Shown: positions 44,601 through 52,151 of the stretch, one piece after another
How the letters are laid out: each line of letters starts with the position of its first letter
Numbering within the stretch: position 1 is the stretch's first letter
Source of the DNA: an uncultured Planctomycetaceae bacterium
GTDB taxonomy: Bacteria; Planctomycetota; Phycisphaerae; SM23-33
Direction of reading: 5' to 3'
DNA: 57,181 nucleotides
NCBI GenBank assembly: GCA_964642165.1
Contig: CAZXOC010000002.1
Span: 21,241-78,421, forward strand
Made by a program: the position numbers and the translations under genes
The notes under the pieces: model-generated
The model's database searches: none
Told to the model about the DNA's origin: nothing
What the model saw: only the letters and a program-made list of their open reading frames with translations

Positions 44601-46266
44601 CCACCGCCGGCGCCTGCGCCACGGGCGCCTGCCAGATCATCGCGCCCTTGTTCCGCGCGTCCAGACAGACCACGTGGTACCGCTGGAGGTAGAGCATCAT
44701 GACGTACAGGCGTCCGGCCCGGTAGGTCGGCGCCGAGAGGAACATGCCGTTGCGGATCACCTCGTGGTCGCCCAGCCCGCGCCCGACACGCCAGACCAGT
44801 CGCCCGTCGGCGCTCAGCGACAGCGCCGCCAGCCTCGAGCCGTCGTCCAGGCCCTTCATGTTGGGGTTGCGCCGCAACACGTACCCCAGCGAGTCCCCCG
44901 CCGGGAGGAAGTCGTACACCGTGAAGGCCATTCCCCCGCCGACGGTCAGGGCATACCGCCCGCTGTCGCCGACGTACTTGTAGCCGCCGGAGGAGTAGTA
45001 CCCCGTGTTGGCGATCGGCCCGATCTGCCGGACCATCGGCAGCGCGAGGCTCTTCCACCTCGTCTCGCCGGTCAGCAGGTCGAAGCCCGCGGTGCTGTCA
45101 TCCAGGCGCACGATCACCTGGTCGCCCCAGACGACCGGATGGACCAGCCCCGGCAGCACCGTCTCGCCCTGGGAGCGGCTGGAAACCGTCCGGCGCAGGA
45201 TCAGGTGCCCTCGACTCAGGCGGACGCTGCGGCGGACGTTGCGGCTGGCGTAGCGGTTGTACTTGTGGTCGGACAGGTACATGGTCAGCCCGGCCTTGAG
45301 GCGCGGCAGCAGGTCCTCGCCGGGGGAGACCCTCTCGCCCGCCTGGCGCCAGCGCGGCGCCAGGACGACGTCGCAGCCGCTCATGGCGCTCAGCCCGCTC
45401 GGGATGCCCCCCAGCCCGGGCCAGCCCGTCTTGACCGCCAACGGCGCGTCCACGGTGACCACCGGCATCCGCCAGACGCGCCGGAGGAACTCCGCGAGGC
45501 TCTGCGTCTTACCGCCGAGGACGGCGGATGCGTCGGGGAAGTCTTTCCGCAACTGCTCGGCCGCACGCCCGGCGGCCTCGCTCTCCCCGCCCAGGTGGCA
45601 GGCCGCGGCCACCTTCGCCAGCAGCGCCACGCGCTGCTCGCCGTCGGGCGCCAGCGGCAGCAGCCGCCACCAGCAGGACGCCGCCTGCGAGAACCGCGCC
45701 CGGTCGAAGTACAGCGCCCCCAGCGTCTCGAGGGCCTTCGGCCCGTACGACGTGTGCAGGTACCGCTCGGAGAGCCGGCGGAGATACTGCTCCGGGCGAT
45801 CGGAGGCCAGGGCCTCCTCGTAGAGCCGCTCGGCCTGCGGGTCGTACAGGGCGCGGTAGAGCTTCAGCCCCTTCGGGCCCATCCGCCCCAGCAGGTTGTT
45901 GGCCTTGCGGCGCATCGACACGAACCGGTTCGCCCCCTCCGAGTAGAAGCCGCTGTCCTCCCGCTGGATCAGGGCCTGGAGGATCTGGATGGCCTGGTCG
46001 TACTTCTTGTCCTTCTCGATCAGCCGCTTGGCCTCGTGCAGATAGCCGCCCAGTTCGTCGTCCACGTGGACCAGCGGAGGCGTTCCCGGGCTCGCGCCCG
46101 GGCTCGTCCGGCTGTTGACGGGCGGCAGGACCGCGGCCACGTTCGCCCGCCGCACCAGCTCGCCGAACGCGCCGGTGGCCAGCACGACGAGGGCGCCGAG
46201 CAGGACCCCCGCCGCGGCCCACGGCCGGCCTCGGCCACCATGTTGAGAATGCCCCGGTTCGTCCAT
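41611..46266 (-). CDS. Large secreted TPR plus PQQ-type beta-propeller protein (about 1550 aa)
   Basis: Signal peptide from ATG 46266; repeated propeller motifs (GFDLLTGETRW, LGLDAATGELRW, CLDIATGEMSW) flanking TPR-like helices. Confidence 0.88.
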   Translation of the reverse strand: MDEPGHSQHGGRGRPWAAAGVLLGALVVLATGAFGELVRRANVAAVLPPVNSRTSPGASPGTPPLVHVDDELGGYLHEAKRLIEKDKKYDQAIQILQALIQREDSGFYSEGANRFVSMRRKANNLLGRMGPKGLKLYRALYDPQAERLYEEALASDRPEQYLRRLSERYLHTSYGPKALETLGALYFDRARFSQAASCWWRLLPLAPDGEQRVALLAKVAAACHLGGESEAAGRAAEQLRKDFPDASAVLGGKTQSLAEFLRRVWRMPVVTVDAPLAVKTGWPGLGGIPSGLSAMSGCDVVLAPRWRQAGERVSPGEDLLPRLKAGLTMYLSDHKYNRYASRNVRRSVRLSRGHLILRRTVSSRSQGETVLPGLVHPVVWGDQVIVRLDDSTAGFDLLTGETRWKSLALPMVRQIGPIANTGYYSSGGYKYVGDSGRYALTVGGGMAFTVYDFLPAGDSLGYVLRRNPNMKGLDDGSRLAALSLSADGRLVWRVGRGLGDHEVIRNGMFLSAPTYRAGRLYVMMLYLQRYHVVCLDARNKGAMIWQAPVAQAPAVGRRSSYAIGADPRLSVGSPPAVADGRVYVTTNSGAVAGFEEETGEPLWAYQYTSVVNRPGSISSVSSRYPGRLGVHPPGNPIIVSRGNVVCLPADSEKLLGLDAATGELRWAGNRRSQMDLSAIDADRVLMSGPGLIVRRVIDGAELNRGSEDVGISGRPAVTSHEVLASAMGRVESMDLKTYGTSPLGLASADGFLGNLVSANGKLISASMLGVCTYFGYDSAREELTRRIESTPAPQRPPLLKQRAQLAYDAKRYAKALEDFKACEALTKAQGDTQTGAQLPPLLYMTYVALGNHAAGDAQMHEMFLHAEAYATTTLDKAHLKLRLAKYHERVGEYTAAVELAQQVAEEYGEEELYDIVIGPEAGDAVRSGPRRRTVRGDKLVRAYVRDLLAKHGHECYAKFDAEAKRAFDEARAAGEVDRVLDVEKRWPNSQWADDALFEAAELFYRRAQADKASADDDLAEARRHLYRVARTKDSPLRVSASVALATIYSRGGWKTSAQKECEVLADLDGETEVAFADVRGKLRDVLKLIEGGKLANSSRPMRMVSTVRPPLAEVFQVKGEHVCVLRDQELRPIRLGEKIAIIKDGDAYLLDTAADSEAKALAEWKGLASVDKDDAKKYAHYPPGMRLVGGVSRDGKVLAVADRKSIRGLDLVSAKVVWDRQMAKIGIASFYTMGVGSGVLVVADRSGKVSCLDIATGEMSWQGNLVGGNRCPSGPPRIVGDMVVFQHDSGKRVTCFSLAKGGRVVGRWPPDGSASQWTQCEVTPDGLLAMIVNGELTVRELGKLDKPLWRQQHNAAKYPAILAISAEQIAVSPQNTSGRIEVLSVLGGGKLATLQARPVHGAAAIPFDARFQDDGLYVLCAPSFSGRRKAIYGRLSSVRGLNIQKFTVSDEKHRWSVDFDEHKNWYYQSMPPIVLGRDHVVVTARHYQAAFPYYAYVLHSQTGKAAQKIDLRGGAPAPDESRRRQGTGPPVLTNGRLCAETSKGVIIYGER

Positions 46267-46353
46267 GGTCCAGTTCCCTGCCGGCGCCCCTGCCGGCTGC
46301 TTGCAGCGGAATACGACCAACCGTTTGATACCACGCGAGCGGCGCCAGGTTCG

Positions 46354-46359
46354 ATTATA
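46354..46359 (-). promoter_or_regulatory. Perfect -10 element upstream of the envelope cluster
   Basis: Minus strand TATAAT about 90 nt before the ATG; no good -35 seen. Confidence 0.4.
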
Positions 46360-46519
46360 CTCGCCCCGTTGGCGCACTCCGAATGCTTTTCCGGTCGACG
46401 GCCCGTCCGCACGGCGCAGCACGCGCACGGCCGATTCGTAGCAGGTTAGTCGCCGCTGACGGGCAGCGGTTCCACCCCGTGCGGGAATTCCTTCGGCGAA
46501 GGTGGGTCTCGCCCGAGGG

Positions 46520-48682
46520 TTACGGCCGCCGGGGCGCGAGACGCCGCCCGTGGCGGCGAAGCGTCTCGATGCTCACCCGCTGGCGCAGCAGCGCCCCGCG
46601 CCCGCTGAGGCGGTTCGCCGCCGGCGCCCGGTCGCCCGGCCAGAGCCGCTCCAGCGGCACCACCCACGTGCCCTCGCGCCGCGTCGGCCGCCCAGGCCGC
46701 ACGCCCCCCGCCCGCCCGTCCGCCCCGCGCCGAGTGATCAGCGCCACGTCGAGGTACCCGTCGGCGGCGGCGAGCACGGCCCAGCCCGTGTGCATCACGC
46801 CCCGCAGCGCGCTGGCGGCGGCCAGGGCGTCGCCGAGTCCGCCGCCGGCGACCTGCGTGCGAAGGATCAGGACGCCGCCGCGGTGGAGCTTGTCGCGGCA
46901 CCGCCGCAGCACGCGGTCGCCGTAGCACCGCCACGCCTCGGGATGGTCCGCCGGCATCGGCGCCAGGACGAGGCCGTCGAACCGCCCGGCGTCCCTCGCG
47001 ACGGCGTCCAGGAAGTCGCCGGTGGGCTCGCCGGTGGCTGCGCCGCTCACCGGGCCCGCCGTGGGGTCCGGATGCGCCCGCGCGGCGTGGACACCCGCCG
47101 GCAGCGCCAACGGAACGTCCGCCGGCGAGGCCGCGACAATCCACCACCGTCCCGGGTGGGCGGCCATCGCCTCGTCGACGGCCTTGGTCACGGCCTTGCT
47201 TCGCCAGTGCGGCCGTCCCACCAGGCCGCCCCATGCCGCACCGCCCCCCGCCGGAGCCGCCGGCGTCGATGCCGTCGTCAGCCACGCCCCCGCCGTCAGC
47301 CGCGGCAGGCCGCGAACCGCCCCCACCCGCGCCGTGACGGTCGCGCAGATCAGCACGCCGCCCAGGGCGGCCCAGGCGATCCCCGTGCGGCTGCGGCGCG
47401 ACGCGACGATGGCCACCACCACGCCGGCGACCATCCCGCCGACCGCGACGAACAGGCCCGCCGGCGCCAGCAGGGCCGTCGCCCCGGCGGCCAGGTACAA
47501 CGCGACCCCGCCGCCCGCGCCCGCCGCGACCGCCGCCAAGTACTGCCGCGCCCGCCCCCCGTGCGTGGCGAAGAGCTTCCGCTGCCGCGACAAGACCACC
47601 GAGGCCAACGCCGCCAGAGGCACCTGTGCGGCGACGGCCAGCATGGCGCAGCCGACGGCGACGCCCCCGCCCCGGAAGCACCCGACGGCCAGGCTGCCCT
47701 GAAAGACCACCGCGCTGAGGATCCCGACGCTCGCCCCCGTCGCCTGCGCCACGCCCGGCGCGCGGGAGCGCCGGTCCGCCCGCCGCAGCCGCCACGCCAG
47801 CAGGGCGATGGACGCACCCGCCCAGCACGCCTGCCCGCCCAGGCCGACCTCGCCCACGTCGCGCAGCAGCCGCGCCTGGACCACCAGCACGACCGTCGCG
47901 GCCGCAGAGCCCGCCGCCACGGCCAGCCAGCGCCCGCGCCGCGGAGACGACTCGATCGGGGCCATCACCCGCCGCGGGCGGACGGTCAGCTTCACGCGCT
48001 GGAAGACGCCGCCCGCCGCCGCGAGCACGGCGACGCCCGCGACCAGTCCGACGCCGAGGAGGTCCGCGCCGAACCACCAGGCCAGCGCTGCGGCGGCCAG
48101 GCCCGCCGCCACGCCCCCCAGCCATTCCCGGACCACCGAGGCGTAGTGGTCGCGCCCCGAGCCGCCGCGGATCATCACGGTTACCAGGAACGCCACGCTG
48201 ATGCCCAGCGCCAGGGGGATCATGCCCACGAACTGGCAGAGGAAGGCGAAGACGGCGAAGCCGGTCGGCCCGAGCAGCAGGGGCCCGCGCCCGCCATCGC
48301 CGACGGCGGCGGCGAAGAGGTGGATCGCGGCGGTCGTGGCCACGCCGCCGACGGCGGCCAGCGCGGCGGCCAGCGCCAGCAGGCGCATCATCCCCCGCAC
48401 CGCGCGCCGCGTGGAGGACGCCCCGCCGCCCGTCGCCAGGGCGAGCACCGGGCTGTCCTCCAGCTTCAGCGCCACCCGCAGGCGCTGCAGCGCCCGCGCG
48501 GCGCGGGCGGGAAGGCCCGCCGTCGCCGCGATCGCCAGCATCAGCGCCGCGACCGACCGCAGGACGCTCGCGCCCGACAGGTCGAACCGCAGGCTCCACA
48601 GGACCACCAGCGAGGCCGCCCACACCGTCAGCGCCGTCGCCAGCCACACCACAAACAACCTGTCGATCCGCGTCGACTTCAT
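46520..48682 (-). CDS. Multi-pass membrane protein, degenerate spermidine-synthase-fusion-like
   Basis: About 13 hydrophobic segments, then a soluble domain with FDGLVLAP...CY...LRRCRDKLHRGGVL resembling the SpeE-like C-terminal half. Confidence 0.65.
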   Translation of the reverse strand: MKSTRIDRLFVVWLATALTVWAASLVVLWSLRFDLSGASVLRSVAALMLAIAATAGLPARAARALQRLRVALKLEDSPVLALATGGGASSTRRAVRGMMRLLALAAALAAVGGVATTAAIHLFAAAVGDGGRGPLLLGPTGFAVFAFLCQFVGMIPLALGISVAFLVTVMIRGGSGRDHYASVVREWLGGVAAGLAAAALAWWFGADLLGVGLVAGVAVLAAAGGVFQRVKLTVRPRRVMAPIESSPRRGRWLAVAAGSAAATVVLVVQARLLRDVGEVGLGGQACWAGASIALLAWRLRRADRRSRAPGVAQATGASVGILSAVVFQGSLAVGCFRGGGVAVGCAMLAVAAQVPLAALASVVLSRQRKLFATHGGRARQYLAAVAAGAGGGVALYLAAGATALLAPAGLFVAVGGMVAGVVVAIVASRRSRTGIAWAALGGVLICATVTARVGAVRGLPRLTAGAWLTTASTPAAPAGGGAAWGGLVGRPHWRSKAVTKAVDEAMAAHPGRWWIVAASPADVPLALPAGVHAARAHPDPTAGPVSGAATGEPTGDFLDAVARDAGRFDGLVLAPMPADHPEAWRCYGDRVLRRCRDKLHRGGVLILRTQVAGGGLGDALAAASALRGVMHTGWAVLAAADGYLDVALITRRGADGRAGGVRPGRPTRREGTWVVPLERLWPGDRAPAANRLSGRGALLRQRVSIETLRRHGRRLAPRRP

Positions 48683-48721
48683 CTTCCGGGGCGGAGCCTC
48701 ATCGGCCGCACGCGGCGACCG

Positions 48722-49702
48722 TCAGCGGACCTCGGCAAGGACGGTGGCCCGAGCGGCGGGCAGGCGGGTCCGGCTGCCGTCGTCGAGGCACAGGACCAGA
48801 CCCTCCAACGGGTCGACGTCGAGGACGCGCCCGCTGTGACGCCGCCCGTCGCACAGGACGGTCAGTCGCTGGTTGACCATGCGGCAGCGGGCGAGGAAGC
48901 CGGCGTGCAGCTCGTCGAGCCGCCCGGCGGCGACGCGCGCGACCCACGCGTCGAGGCGCCCCAGCAGCGCCCGGACGATCGCGATCCGGTCGGCCGGGTG
49001 CGCCAGGTGGTCCGCCAGGCAGGTCGCGCGCCGGTCGACCTCGTCGGCCGGCGGGGCGCGGTTGGCGTTGATGCCCACCCCCAGCACGACGCCGAGCGTC
49101 TCGCCCTCGCGGCGCATCTCCACCAGCACGCCCGCCACCTTGGCACCGTCCAGCAGCACGTCGTTGGGCCACTTCAGCTCGCAGGGCAGTCCCGCGGCCT
49201 CCTCGATCGCCTCGGCCGTCGCCAGCCCCGTGGCGATCGTCAGCGCCTCGTGCGGCGGCGCGCGCCGCCCGGCCGGCTCGATCAGCAGCGCGCTGAGCAG
49301 GACGTTCTGGTGCGGCGAGCTGACCCACGCCCGCCCCCGGCGGCCGCGACCGCGAGACTGGGCCTCCGCCACCACGACCAGCCCGTCGGCGCCTTCCTGG
49401 CGGATCGCCTCGAGCGCCACGTCGTTCGTCGAGCCGACGACCTCGAAGCACAGCACGCTGCGCCCCACGCGCCGCTCCGGCAGCCCGCGCTCGATCAGGT
49501 GCGGCGAAAGCGGCACAGGCGGCAGCAGCCGAACGCCGTCGGGCGGCGAGTACTCCAGCCGGTACCAGCTCCCGAACATGGCGTCCAGCTCGCGCTCCAG
49601 GTCCGCCGGCGCCACGCCGACCGCCGCCGCCAGCTCCTCCAGCGCGACGTAGCCTTCCCGGCGGTCGTAGAGCACTTCCAGGATGCGGTCCGACGTCTTC
49701 AT
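48722..49702 (-). CDS. birA: Biotin-[acetyl-CoA-carboxylase] ligase with N-terminal HTH
   Basis: ATG at 49702 overlaps the nadC stop; STND, AEAQSRGRGRRGRAW, KWPND, KVAGVL, GVGIN. Confidence 0.94.
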   Translation of the reverse strand: MKTSDRILEVLYDRREGYVALEELAAAVGVAPADLERELDAMFGSWYRLEYSPPDGVRLLPPVPLSPHLIERGLPERRVGRSVLCFEVVGSTNDVALEAIRQEGADGLVVVAEAQSRGRGRRGRAWVSSPHQNVLLSALLIEPAGRRAPPHEALTIATGLATAEAIEEAAGLPCELKWPNDVLLDGAKVAGVLVEMRREGETLGVVLGVGINANRAPPADEVDRRATCLADHLAHPADRIAIVRALLGRLDAWVARVAAGRLDELHAGFLARCRMVNQRLTVLCDGRRHSGRVLDVDPLEGLVLCLDDGSRTRLPAARATVLAEVR

Positions 49703-50595
49703 CCCGCGTCCACGTCCAGGGCGATGTCGGCGGCCGGAACCGAGTGCGTCAGGGCGCCCACCGAGATGCGCTCGACGCCCGCCTCGGCCACGGCGCGAAC
49801 GTTGCGGAGCGTGATGCCGCCCGAGGCCTCCAGGGCGACGCGCCCGCGCAGGCCGGCGGCGTCGCGCCGCGCGACCGCCCGGCGAAGCTCCTCCGGCGGC
49901 ATGTTGTCCAGCAGGACCACGTCCACCGGCAGGCGCAGCGCCGCGTCGAGCTGCCCCAGGCGGTCCACCTCCACCTCGACGAAGCCCTCCGGGCCGAGCG
50001 CCCTTCGCGCCTCGGCCAGCCGCCCGCCCAGCGCGGCGAGGGGGTCCGCCTCGCCCGACCGCGCCAGCACGCCGAGGTGGTTGTCCTTCACCAGGACGGC
50101 GTCGTAGAGCCCTCGGCGGTGGTTCCGCCCGCCGCCCGCGCGGACGGCGTACTTCTCCAGGTCGCGCCAGCCGGGCGTCGTCTTGCGCGTGTCCAGGATG
50201 GCCGCCGCCGTGCCGCGCACGGCCTCGACGTAGCGCGCGGTCATCGTGGCGATGCCGCTGAGGCGCTGGAGGAAGTTGAGCGCCACGCGTTCGGCCGACA
50301 GCACCGCGCGCGCCGGGCCGGACCACGCCGCCAGGACGGAGCCCGCCGCGACGCTCCGGCCGTCGGGCACCTCCACGTTCGTGGCGATGCGAGCGTCGTA
50401 GGCCTCGGCGACGGGGTGCAGGAAGAGCCCCCCGCAGAAGACCAGCTCCCGGCGGGCGACGAATCGCCCGCGGGCCTCGAGCCCCTCCGGCAGCAGCGCG
50501 GCGGTCACGTCGCCGCCGCCGAGGTCCTCCGCCCGCGCCAGCTCGAGCAGACGCTGGAGATTGTCCAGCTCGCGTTTCCCCGCCGAAAGCGCCAT
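49699..50595 (-). CDS. nadC: Nicotinate-nucleotide pyrophosphorylase (carboxylating)
   Basis: AEDLGGGDVT, AERVALNFLQRLSGIAT, DTRKTTPGWR, LVKDNH, EVEVD, LLDNM, EASGGI, ISVGALTHS. Confidence 0.96.
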   Translation of the reverse strand: MALSAGKRELDNLQRLLELARAEDLGGGDVTAALLPEGLEARGRFVARRELVFCGGLFLHPVAEAYDARIATNVEVPDGRSVAAGSVLAAWSGPARAVLSAERVALNFLQRLSGIATMTARYVEAVRGTAAAILDTRKTTPGWRDLEKYAVRAGGGRNHRRGLYDAVLVKDNHLGVLARSGEADPLAALGGRLAEARRALGPEGFVEVEVDRLGQLDAALRLPVDVVLLDNMPPEELRRAVARRDAAGLRGRVALEASGGITLRNVRAVAEAGVERISVGALTHSVPAADIALDVDAG

Positions 50596-50675
50596 GCGCC
50601 GAGGATACCGCAAAAGCCCTCGACCGCCAAGCCGGTGCCCCACGCCCGCGCCGCCGTCCGCGCGGGGCCGCCGCC

Positions 50676-51932
50676 TCACGGCATCAGGCCCACGCACCGA
50701 AGCTCGCGCTCGTCGCGCAGGAACAGCTTGCCGTCCACGTAGGCCGGGTGGCACCAGTTCTGCCCGCACACGCGGGTCCGGCCGATCACGCGGCAGCGCT
50801 TCGGGTCCGCGGCCACGAGCAGTAGCTGGCCCCTCTCGGCGAGCACGAGGATGCGGTCCTTCATCACGACGAACGACGCGTAGCCCCGCCCCACCATGCC
50901 GGAGAAGAACCCCTTCTCGACCCAGGCCTCCTTGCCGGTCCGCACGTCGACGCAGAAGAGGCTCTTGCCCGGCCCGAGCCCGTAGACGTGACTGCCGACG
51001 GCCACCGGATTCATGAAGTTGACCGCCAGGGCCTTGGACAGCCACGCGCGCTCGGCGCGGAACGCCTCGCCCTCCTTGGAGATCCGGACGCCGATCAGCC
51101 CGGCGAGGTACGAGGAGACCACCACCGTGTCGTCCACGACGACCGGCGTGATCACGTGCCGCCCCAGCCTCGTCTTCACCGGCGCGCGCCACAGCAGCTT
51201 GCCGTCGCGCACGTCGAGGCCGATGACCGCCTCCGCCGTGAACGAGACCACCTGCTTGACGCCCAAGATCGTGGCGACGACGGCCCCGCCGTGGCCCTGC
51301 ACGTCGTTCTGGGACTTCCAGATGACCTTCCCGCTGCGCTTGTCGAGGCAGACGACGCTCGCGCCCTTCCTGCCGCCGGCGGCAACGATCACACGATCGC
51401 CGTCGATCACCGCCGAACCGGAGTTGCCGTGGCGGTCGGCCCCCGCGGCCGAGCCCCTCTCGCCGATGAAGACCGCCCCGAAGTCCTTCACGAAGTTGAC
51501 GCGCCAGATCTCCTTGCCGTCGGCGACGCGGAGGCAGCGGAACTCGCCGCGGCACGACTGCACGTAGACGCGCTCGCCGTCGACCAGCGGCGTGCAGCGC
51601 GGGCCGGGCGGCGAGTGGCCGTCCCGGAACGTGTCGTCCAGCGGCGCGCTCCAGAGCTCCTTGCCCGAGGCGGCGTCGACGGCGTGCACCACCTCCTTGC
51701 CCTGCTGGTTGTCGAGGTGGAACAGCCGCCCGCCGCTGACGACCGGCGAGGCCAGGCCGTGGCCGACCCTCTCCCGCCAGAGAGCCTTCGGCTCGGCCGG
51801 CAGCGTCTGCGGCACGGCGACGCCGGCCGGGACGTGCCCCGTGCCGTCGGGCCCGCGCCACCGAGGCCAGTCCGCCGCCAGGCACCACGTGCCGAGCACG
51901 AGCATCGAACCGATCAGAATGCTGCGCTTCAT
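50676..51932 (-). CDS. Secreted PQQ-binding-like beta-propeller protein
   Basis: Signal peptide then DWPRWRGPDGTG; repeated AVDAASGKELW / CLDKRSGKVIW; WCHPAYVDGKLFLR. Confidence 0.9.
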   Translation of the reverse strand: MKRSILIGSMLVLGTWCLAADWPRWRGPDGTGHVPAGVAVPQTLPAEPKALWRERVGHGLASPVVSGGRLFHLDNQQGKEVVHAVDAASGKELWSAPLDDTFRDGHSPPGPRCTPLVDGERVYVQSCRGEFRCLRVADGKEIWRVNFVKDFGAVFIGERGSAAGADRHGNSGSAVIDGDRVIVAAGGRKGASVVCLDKRSGKVIWKSQNDVQGHGGAVVATILGVKQVVSFTAEAVIGLDVRDGKLLWRAPVKTRLGRHVITPVVVDDTVVVSSYLAGLIGVRISKEGEAFRAERAWLSKALAVNFMNPVAVGSHVYGLGPGKSLFCVDVRTGKEAWVEKGFFSGMVGRGYASFVVMKDRILVLAERGQLLLVAADPKRCRVIGRTRVCGQNWCHPAYVDGKLFLRDERELRCVGLMP

Positions 51933-51989
51933 GTCTCGGATACCTCCCGGAAAAACCGCGCTGGACCCTCGTCAAGAGCCGCTGGGGTC

Positions 51990-52017
51990 AGTCTACCATA
52001 CTCGTATGCTCGGACAA
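51990..52017 (-). promoter_or_regulatory. Putative promoter of the PQQ-nadC-birA unit, with a spacer palindrome
   Basis: Minus strand TTGTCC-N16-TAGACT (TGn-extended); CATAC-tc-GTATG palindrome at 51997-52008. Confidence 0.45.
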
Positions 52018-52151
52018 GGCAGGGCTGCACGTTCGCGCGGGAAGGAGGCGAGTCCACCGGCGTGCGGCGACGGCGCGGCCGGCGGTGTTGCATCGCACCG
52101 GGGCGGCGAGTGTAGAATCGCCCGTCCGGAGCGCAGATGAGGAGCCCCGAC

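Noticed and set aside
46467-46491. CGGTTCCACCCCGTGCGGGAATTCC, loosely like a type I-E CRISPR repeat
   Set aside because: Single copy, no spacers and no cas genes; more likely part of intergenic hairpins.
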